Part shown: positions 54,800-64,000 of the stretch, one piece after another | How positions within the stretch are numbered: position 1 is the stretch's first letter | How the letters are laid out: every line of letters begins with the position of its first letter | DNA from: Ylistrum balloti | Lineage: Eukaryota | Length of the DNA: 64,000 nucleotides | Direction of reading: 5' to 3' | Assembly: GCF_031769215.1 (NCBI RefSeq) | Contig: NW_026782097.1 | Span: 1,922,001 to 1,986,000 of the forward strand | Notes under the pieces: generated by a model | Database searches by the model: none | Told to the model about the DNA's origin: nothing | What the model saw: the letters and a program-made list of their open reading frames with translations, nothing else | Position numbers and translations under genes: made by a program

Positions 54800-54960
54800 C
54801 ATGGATTGCCCAAGATTTTCACTGCAGGTGTTGTCTAATCGGCTTATGACGCTTACTCTTCAGGAACACTTGGTCTTATTCTTGTTTATTCATGAGTCTC
54901 CATGTGAATCTTTCCTTTGTTCATATGGATTATGATTCTGACATATCTGTATTTTCTTAG
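54800..54960 (+). mobile_element. Penelope-like element 3' terminal repeat fragment
   Basis: GGATTGCCCAAG...GACGCTTACTCTTCAGGAACAC...GAGTCTCCATGTGAATCTTT...GGATTATGATT matches the other copies. Confidence 0.65.
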
Positions 54961-55162
54961 TTACTTTCTCTACTGTACCTAAAGTTAAGGTTCGATGCTT
55001 CCGATTATATCTAATAACAATACCACTGGTATTACAGAGTGATCAATTACTCTGTCGTGTATTTCAGAGATAGGTATATCAGTGAGTGTTTATTTACTTT
55101 TTTCCATTGGTGAACAGACTGCTGTATTTCCATCATGGTACGTCTGACGACTATATAAAAAG

Positions 55163-55193
<31 letters not shown>

Positions 55194-57509
55194 CTGTAAC
55201 AAAGAAATTATTACTGAGTTTGACAAATAATGCATTATCGCTCCACTCCACAAAGTCACAACGGGTAACACTTTACCTTCACAATTAACACAAAATACTG
55301 CTTCGCAGATGAATTCACAAAGGCAAGTTGCCTTCTGAATTTTTCAACGAGGTCTTAGTTATACAAGCTAGATTCTTTTGTCGTCTTCGCGAACAAAGCT
55401 TTCAACAAGTTATGTAACATGTCCATTAGAATCCCATTTTATGTCCATCTTAGAACATTTATTGACAGGAAGATAGAGAAAATAAAAGATTAAGCATTCC
55501 AAAGATTGCGATTGATCTGTATCTTGCTATCCCATTTGCTTTAAGACCGAAAAAATACTGGTTAACACATTATATTCCCAAGGGTCGAAGCACAAAAGAG
55601 AGAAAGTAAACATGTTGTGATAAAGTCGGTAAGTCGGTTTAACCAATGTTGAGCATTTGTCATAGCAAACCACAGTATGAAGTAAATCAATGTTACTGCT
55701 TTCATTTTGTCCTTCTGTTGTAGACTTGCCATGTAACATTTAATGCTTTGGTTTTACAACACAGACCATCTAAATCACACCCGTTTATTTTCTTTTCTGT
55801 TTGTATCTGTGTTTCCCAATGGAATAAACATATAATGCATCGTGTAATATGCAGCATAAAGTTTCCCCTTCGGAGCTATCGCGTGCCTGTTTGGATGCCT
55901 AACGTCTTTAATATGTATTTCCCTTTGTGCATTCTCCAAATATAAGCATCATAACCGCGTAATGCTAAATGGTTTTATAACTGTTAGTCTACGAATGTGT
56001 CACTTAGTAACACCAAAGACTGCTTTGATTAAACTTCTCTTTAGTCACAAATACAGTTTCTTTGATATGTGTTGATTACCTTATGATTCCATCGAGTTCT
56101 TAACTCTAAGACAATGTCAGTATTTGTCATTCTAGGTTCGGTATGTAATAAAAATAAGTTTTCTTTTTTTGCGCAGTGACGCTCTATGTGACGACGCGGT
56201 TTGTGCGTGTATTATTTATGACCCGACATCTGAGACATCTTTCACACAGCTTGCTTTCGTCTAGCAATGCTTCCCTTGTGTCATTTTCTTTGTCCTGGCA
56301 GCCCTCATCATGAATCCGCGTATCCTCGTTACATACAATATGTCAGTTTCAACTTTTCGAATAGACATGCCCTTTATTTATCTGTACATTGCCAAATATA
56401 GCCTCGTTCATCCTGATAATGCGTAAATAGGTTATTAAGATGTTGTCGTCAGATAGAAAAAGAAAACGTGTCTAAACCTTGGTATATTGAATGATCATCA
56501 CCTACACCCTACTAGGTGACGTGTACATCTTTTTATTTCTGGTTTGGATTATGATTACGTTAAATTGGTATTTTCTTGTTGATGTTGTTGTTATTTTTTC
56601 AAGTCTAGACAAAACTACACGCATTCATGTTTTACATGTAAACAATAAAGTCGTAATTACATGCATGTTCATATATCTTGTTTGAATAGCATAAGGCATT
56701 TTTTCCTTTTGTTAATAAAATTCATTATATGAAGATAAAAGATCAAATGTGTGTCATGCATGCCATTTGTTATACGCAACTGCGCTTTTAAATAAGTCAT
56801 TTACTGTTAAATCTACGTTCCTTCTAGGTTTAAACATTTTTGTCCCAGCATCACAGAGGAGCCTCAGAAAGGCGAAACAGATGTATCATACAGTGTAATT
56901 CATTATTTGGCTCTACTGTATCAAATGTTAAATTTTCTAAAATTGTTTTGAAAGACGCTAAGCATTTGTGTGTCTTTGTACGATCTTTTAGCGTTATTGT
57001 CAATAGTGGGATTTCTGCTTTTTTTCATTATAACCCTTAAGTGACTTCTTGATAATTGTCACATTTTTTCTATTTGTCAACAATTTTTCTTTTCAAATTA
57101 ATGAGGTTTATTGATCTGTACTTGTTTTTTCCGGTGCAAGTTTTTTCACTTGTTCTTTCACAGACATATACAAACCTCTTTCCTAGAGCCTTCGTATGCG
57201 AGTATGCGTATGCTGGCCTCATATGCTTCCATCCCACTGTTCTTTTCCCTGGTATTTTTCTATGCGAATTGCTTTTTTATAAATCAGGACGAATGAGTAT
57301 CATCCATGAACATGTCATAACTCGACTAGATTATTCAACCAACTATAAATGATAAAGGATAAAAAAAGTCTTCCTCGATATCAGTTGTTTCTAAGAATAC
57401 CCCTGAATCATTCAAGGTATCATGAATATAGTTTTGTTATAAGTATGATTTAACTATGAATTTTCAAGCAACTTAACATCGATTGATCAACATTTAGAGG
57501 GACCTGAAA

Positions 57510-57730
57510 CTTCATAACTTGACAAGAGTAGAACGAAATGTGTATATATTTGTGCGTTTGATAGCGATATGACAATGTATGCAGTGTCTGATCAGGTCTG
57601 AGGGTAACGTAAATATTCTGCTCGTACATATCCGGTAAGTCAGACGAAGTCCCTCCGGATGGAATCTTATTCTTCCTTGTGGAAGTTCGCAGACTAAATC
57701 GATCAAAGAAATTGATCTACCCAATGATAT
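57510..57730 (-). mobile_element. Possible decayed LINE RT fragment
   Basis: LPQGRI...SDLIRHCIHCHIAIKRTNIY loosely resembles PQGS...DL...C....YADDTxIY, but the catalytic DD is absent. Confidence 0.3.
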
Positions 57731-57944
57731 TTGAGAAAATATGTTGCTTCAAAACCATTAACCCTCAATAATAAAAACAGAAAGGATCATATCACAGGTA
57801 CAAGTCTACCTGCCTAGGAGTCAAGGGGCATATTTCTATTTGATCGGAAGTAGTGGCTTTGGATATTTTAATTTGGTTAGGAGATGTGGGTGGAGGGTCA
57901 TTTATATATGGCTATGGTTTAGGGTTAAGAGTATTTCAGTGATA

Positions 57945-59085
57945 GTTATGGGTTATGGTAAAAAGTTACTTTACTGATTATTTCTATGTAGTTATGGGTT
58001 GAGATAAAGAGTTACTTTATTGGTTATTTCTATGTAGTTATGGGTTGAGATAAAGAGTTACTTTATTGGTTATTTCTATGTAGTTATGGGTTGTGGTAAA
58101 GAGCTACTTTATTGGTTATTTCTATGTAGTTATGGGTTGTGGTAAAGAGCTACTTTATTGATTATTTCTATGTAGTTATGGGTTGAGATAAAGAGCTACT
58201 TTATTGATTATTTCTATGTAGCTGTGGGTTGAGATAAAGAGCTACTCTATTGGTTATTTCTATGTAGTTATGGGTTGAGATAAAGAGTTACTTTATTGGT
58301 TATTTCTATGTAGTTATGGGTTGTGGTAAAGAGCTACTTTATTGATTATTTCTATGTAGTTATGGGTTGAGATAAAGAGCTACTTTATTGATTATTTCTA
58401 TGTAGTTATGGGTTGAGATAAAGAGTTACTTTATTGATTATTTCTATGTAGTTATGGGTTGTGGATAAAGAGTTACTTTATTGATTATGTCTATGTAGTT
58501 ATGGGTTGAGATAAAGAGTTACTTTATTGATTATGTCTATGTAGTTATGGGTTGTGATAAAAAGTTACTTTACTGATTATTTCTATGTAGTTATGGGTTG
58601 AGATAAAGAGCTACTTTATTGATTATTTCTATGTAGTTATGGGTTGTGGTAAAGAGCTACTTTATTGATTATTTCTATGTAGTTATGGGTTGTGGTAAAG
58701 AGCTACTTTATTGATTATTTCTATGTAGTTATGGGTTGAGATAAAGAGCTACTTTATTGATTATTTCTATGTAGTTATGGGTTGTGGTAAAGAGCTACTT
58801 TATTGATTATTTCTATGTAGTTATGGGTTGAGATGAGATTAAAGAGATAAAGAGCTACTTTATTGATTATGTCTATGTAGTTATGGGTTGAGATAAAGAG
58901 CTACTTTATTGATTATGTCTATGTAGTTATGGGTTGAGATAAAGAGCTACTTTATTGATTATGTCTATGTAGTTATGGGTTGAGATAAAGAGCTACTTTA
59001 TTGATTATTTCTATGTAGTTATGGGTTGAGATAAAGAGCTACTTTATTGATTATTTCTATGTAGCTGTGGGTTGAGATAAATAGT
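57945..59085. repeat. 46-bp minisatellite (TATGTAGTTATGGGTTGAGATAAAGAGCTACTTTATTGATTATTTC), ~24 copies
   Basis: TGGTTATTTC recurs at 58021 and 58067; internal inverted repeat ATAAAG-AGCTA-CTTTAT. Confidence 0.95.
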
Positions 59086-60094
59086 TTCTTTAGTTGTAAA
59101 CGTTGTTACTTGATAGTTTAGTTTGTAGCGTATTGAGAGACATCTCTGCATGGCTGTAGAGTGAGGTTCAGGGGTATTTTTCTTTGCCGCAGAATTGTTG
59201 ATATATGTGTTCATGGATGGCAGATTACACGTATATTGGTCGGGAAATTTCGAGTCGAATTTCGGGGAAAATGATAAAACGACTTACCATTAAAATGGCT
59301 AGTCCCCTCGACAAAATGAGCTGTCGACAATAGATAGTTTATTCATTGGCTGGTTGTTATAATAACGCATTCCTTGATGTGTCTTATACATTTGCTTAAC
59401 AATATTTCAAAGGTTAAAAAGGTGCATAATTCTCTGTTGTTGTCATGAACAACCCTAACACCACTGAAATATATAGAAAAGGTTCACAGATATGACGCAT
59501 ATTTCATACATGTTGTTTTCGGCTGCATTATATAATCAACTATAATTTGAAGAATAATAAGCCTGCTGATTCACACCAGTAGATTTGAAAATCATCTCTT
59601 ATATTTCTACAGTATCATCGTCATCATCAGTGTATGTAATTGGAAAATTATTGTAAATTATCAGATATATGAAGACTGCCGCATTTATTGGATTATGGGG
59701 TTGGTGCAAATCCCGTTGTAAATGTTGAAATTTCTATAAAGTATGTTGTTTTTTCCTTAATCTTATCAGGATGTAGTTTAATTCATTTGACTTCAATGTA
59801 TCTGATTTTAAATGTGTGTCTGTTTTACAATCTGCATTTTTACGGTGTTCAGTGTGGAGGTAAATAATTTAATTCATATCAGGTTAAAATCAGCAACATG
59901 TTAAGGATGTAAATTTACAGGCATTAAACTGTTATGATGTGGCATTCATAGTCGCATTAAATGACAGAGCCTTCCAAGCAAATATCACATTGAGTGCAAT
60001 AACAAAATAAGATGCTTGCCTGTAAATTCATTTCGGTGTTTTAGATGTCATTAATCCGTTAAACGTAAATAATCTTTTTTACACACATCTGTCT

Positions 60095-60212
60095 CAATAG
60101 TTCCCTGGTCTACACGGGATCATGTACAGTCCACACAATAGTTCCCTGCTCTACACGGGATCGTGTACAGTCCACACAATAGTTCCCTGGTCTACACGGC
60201 ATCATGCACAGT
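60095..60212. repeat. 41-bp tandem triplication ~165 nt upstream of the 45-nt exon
   Basis: CAATAGTTCCCTG at 60095, 60136 and 60177. Confidence 0.85.
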
Positions 60213-60376
60213 TCTCTAACATCTAAACGTGGTCATTATAAATTATAATTTTTTGATATTATTATTGATTGATTTGTTGTAAACGCCACGTCTTGTGTCG
60301 CCATGATTGTTTTTTCATACTTTCTGTGTATTTCTATATAAAAATAAAAAGCTAATATATGATTTTATAATTTCAG

Positions 60377-60421
60377 GATGAAGTTAACCAAGTATTAACG
60401 ACTAATGTTTGGCTGGAACAG
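60377..60421 (+). CDS. Nicotinic acetylcholine receptor subunit, conserved 45-nt exon (beta1-beta2 loop to loop D)
   Basis: TTTCAG|GATGAAGTTAACCAAGTATTAACGACTAATGTTTGGCTGGAACAG|GTATGT = DEVNQVLTTNVWLEQ, matching alpha7-type DEKNQVLTTNIWLQM in sequence, length and phase. Confidence 0.95.
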
Positions 60422-61711
60422 GTATGTAATATATATAATTTTGTCTATAGATTAATACTCAATGTATCACTACTGTACAGCACAAACTAGCTCTTCAAAC
60501 CATCAATCAATTAATTCAATGACAATTCATGCCCATTAGTGAAAATATTTGTTCTGTAATAACTACCAACATTAGAGCTATTTCCAATGCGTGAGAAAAA
60601 CAATTACGGGGTCACGAAGTTTATATAATTTTTTTTTAATTTTTAACTTGTAAAGCATTAATTTCTTTTTTCCAATAATAACTGTAAGGGATCCCACATA
60701 TTCTATAGTAAGGACGAGTTATATAGTTACTAAAGAACCGCACAGTTAACGGTTATTTTCCCATACCGTCAAACAAATGGTAATTTTCTAGACCAATGAC
60801 TGCTTCCGATTTAATTCTGTCCTCACTTTTACAACGAAATGTCCGTATTTACATAATTGTGCAGTTGTGAGTACTTACTCTTATTACGTTACCGAAGTAA
60901 TTATAATAATGGCTGGGGATTAGGGAACCTCTTTTCTGATCAAGGGATGCAAAGCAACGTTACGGTTATAACCGAGGGATTTGGCAGCAACAACCATTCC
61001 GTTTTATTTCTTCCATTAAGTTTATTTATTATAGTTCACTCAGCTTTTAGCACGAACAATGCACATTTCTCCTCACAAATTTTGACATAGAGTAATTTGC
61101 CGGTCGATTACATCTGCAGTTTGTGAACTGAAACTTTGCATGGGCTTCAAAATGCATTCTTGCTTAAACACCGTTGCCTCTATGCTGCAGACGAATGAGA
61201 CATTTATTCGACATAAATTGACTTCCGGGCATTTCAAATCATCAAAAATGGTTATTTTAGAAAGATTTTACAATGCCGTGCATTATAGTGAATAATTCAA
61301 TATTCTATCGATTTTATTATTCTGTGTAAATTAAATCAATGGAGCTTATATGGAAAACCTGATATTTCTTTTCCAAATAGTCTGTTGAAATCTACCTTAA
61401 AATGATGCCGGCCATACATCGAAACACGCAGTCATTTATTCATTGACATAGTATCACAAAAAGATTACTGTCTAACCTCATACAGAATAATGTTCATTAA
61501 TGTTGTCACTGAAGAGAAATTCATTACCTGCTAAAAGCATATGTATGACCTCTTACAGATTAGTGGACACCCGCAGAATGACACCCCCTTAAACATACAC
61601 ACTTATTATTAGTGTGTGACCCCTGCAAGATAATAATTGATATCTGTGATAGGTGACCCCTTGTAACAGACTAACGTATGACGTACGGACCCACTCTCCC
61701 ACACACACAAA

Positions 61712-61866
61712 NNNNNNNNNNNNNNNNNNNNNNNNNNNNNNNNNNNNNNNNNNNNNNNNNNNNNNNNNNNNNNNNNNNNNNNNNNNNNNNNNNNNNNNNN
61801 NNNNNNNNNNNNNNNNNNNNNNNNNNNNNNNNNNNNNNNNNNNNNNNNNNNNNNNNNNNNNNNNNN
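61712..61866. other. Assembly gap (155 N) next to a CA-repeat
   Basis: Run of N. Confidence 0.99.
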
Positions 61867-62302
61867 TCTCATTAATGTCTGAACCTGTAAAGACATATAG
61901 ACTTATACGTGGACGTCAACAGACGTCTTGTCGACTGGTGTGTGACACGTTGCAGACTGTTTTATGATCATGCCCCTACTCCTCCAACAGGTCTAGATTA
62001 ATGTGTTCTATGTGACCTCCTGCAAGACATTGAGGAACGAACGTGTGACTTCCTTCCTATAATTATCAACACGTAACTCCCTGGGTATTACTATATATAA
62101 CAACATGCTAATTCATATATAACCTTGGAAGAATGCTATTGGACTGCTTTAAGATTATTGCTTTACATATTGGAAATTGAAACTTGACCTTATAGACTGG
62201 GAAATTTAATCTAAGATTGTACGTATGAAACACAATAAGAAACATACTTGAAAACAAATTAATTTTGAATCAGATAGAGAAGACTCTGATAATTAATTAA
62301 CT

Positions 62303-62346
62303 GCGTCATACAACTGTTTCGTCCTTCTTGAGCTCGTCAGTGATGC
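62303..62346 (-). ncRNA. Hammerhead ribozyme motif (type I, minimal) with intact catalytic core
   Basis: Minus strand: GCATCA CTGACGA GCTC AAGAA GGAC GAAA CAGTT GTA TGACGC. All core nucleotides are present, stem I is 5/6 paired, stem II is imperfect, and GUA cleavage is predicted between 62309 and 62308. Confidence 0.8.
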
Positions 62347-62912
62347 TAAGGGCAAAAACTGATCAAAATGAATCGAAGAAAGGTCAAAATCCGAAGGAGA
62401 ATTTGCACTAGCCTAATACTTCCATAGATTTTTTATCATTTTCATAAACATGTCACTGTTCGACAGAATTAAAAAGTAACATGCAGATTACGGTATAATC
62501 ACAAGGACTAAAAAGTCCATCAACAGTGTTCATCACCTGTAATCTGGAGGATGATAAAAAATGAATATTTCATACAAAATTTGAATTACAGTAGAACAGC
62601 AAGGTTAAGATCATTTGGACATTTTCCTAATTATGATTAACGAAAATAGAAAAATACATCTCACCAATGACAGTATTATGAATATGAAATCGAGGTTTTC
62701 AATCGTGTTAATATTTCTGTACTTATTTGACATATAGTATATATTCCTGTCGTCAAACCTTTGTGTTCTGTCACACTTAAAAAAACACTTATTAAGCAGT
62801 ATTGTTGACCTATATTGTAAAGAGGTAAAACAATAAAGCGAGATTCCGTTGTTGATTCCTTCTACTCTGCTTCTTAATGGTAAAAAAAAACCATGGAAAC
62901 AGCATTGTCTAT

Positions 62913-63245
62913 TGTCATAGTGTAACGACAATATGACATCATGTCTGTGTCATAGTGTAACGACATAATAACATCATGTCTGTGTCATAGTATAATGACA
63001 ATATGACATCATGTCTGTGTCATAGTATAACGACAATATGACATCATGTCTGTGTCATAGTATAACGACAATATGACATCATGTCTGTGTCATAGTATAA
63101 CGACAATATGACATCATGTCTGTATCATAGTATAACGACAATATGACATCATGTCTGTGTCATAGAATAACAACAATATGACATCATGTCTGTGTCATAG
63201 TATAACGACAATATGACCTAATGTCTTTGTCATAGTATAATGACA
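62913..63245. repeat. 36-bp minisatellite (GTCATAGTATAACGACAATATGACATCATGTCTGTG-type), ~9 copies
   Basis: ATATGACATC recurs at 63001 and 63037; overlapping dyads GTCATA...TATGAC and GACAT-C-ATGTC. Confidence 0.95.
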
Positions 63246-64000
63246 GAGATATGTCCTACTGTCATTGAAATTGTACATGTATAACAACATATACATGTCA
63301 GTATGATCTACCATCAGCGACATTGTAAAACAATAGAGATATGACCTACTTCCTTGAATAATTAGATTGAACAACGCAATTTCATGATGCCTTCGACATT
63401 ATGTCACCACAAAATGACTTTTTTTCTTTGAAATAAACTGATTCTCTTCTTTTAGCGGCTTTTGCAGCGGATTTATTCATGGTAATATGATTTCGGTAAA
63501 GGAAACAAAAGGAAATTAAGTTCGTTCCCACATGCATACATATTGTCTTGGAATAATCGAACATGGCATTGTCAGTTTCATTGAACGAAAAAAACTTATA
63601 TCATATTAAAAAAAAAATGTTGGTCTCAATTACGTACATTAACATGGACATTGGACTAGTTTGATGCAATTATTAAGGAAACAGAATCCAGAGAAACATT
63701 GTTGCAATGCCACAGTATCTGTAGGAGTATTGCCTCTCTGTTGTATGTTCAAGGTCGTGCTGACATTGTGCGTCTTCATGCACTTTAAATCAGCATACAT
63801 GAGACATCAAAAACCGTTTTTTCGTGACACGAAAATGTGCTCTGTAGAACTATAGAGCTGCAGGCGAATAGCTAAATGGTAGAAACCATCTAACTTAAAA
63901 AAAGATCTCTGATAATTTTAAAACTTGCTTCTGTTCCACGATGGCTGATCATCTTGGTGTGAAATTTCATAGGATTAGTGTGACGATTCCCCATACCCAT

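Larger units (their letters stand above)
11060..60376 (+). other. 49,317-nt intron of the nAChR gene (exon B donor to 45-nt exon acceptor)
   Basis: GT at 11060, TTTCAG ending at 60376. Phase 0 on both sides joins ...QIADM to DEVNQ..., as in other nAChR genes. No intervening nAChR-like exon was found by eye. Confidence 0.8.

Noticed and set aside
61609-61967. ORFs spanning the N gap, and the gap as a hiding place for the next receptor exon
   Set aside because: The ORFs are artefacts of undetermined bases. The flanks look repeat-like with no acceptor context, so the next exon more likely lies beyond the window.

Overview
AT-rich eukaryotic genomic DNA from an intron-rich invertebrate; a bivalve mollusc is my inference from the repeat families. 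No prokaryotic features (operons, CRISPR) and no tRNA or rRNA were recognised. The only host gene I can support is the 5' part of a + strand nicotinic acetylcholine receptor (Cys-loop) subunit. It has two tandem paralogous N-terminal exons (10654/10706-10854 and 10905-11059) only 50 nt apart, a 49.3-kb intron, and the canonical 45-nt exon DEVNQVLTTNVWLEQ (60377-60421). The two tandem exons look obligatorily mutually exclusive and differ in N-glycosylation sequons. The introns contain a dispersed family of minimal type I hammerhead-ribozyme motifs (consensus GCATCA CTGACGA GTCC TAGAA GGAC GAAAC AGCT GTA TGATGC; 7 near-full copies plus 2 half copies, including a tandem pair about 400 nt apart). 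They also hold decayed Penelope-like and CR1/L2-like retroelement fragments and more than a dozen minisatellite arrays (34-89 bp units, many with internal dyads). Most ORFs in the supplied track appear spurious. All alignments were done by eye; no searches were run.
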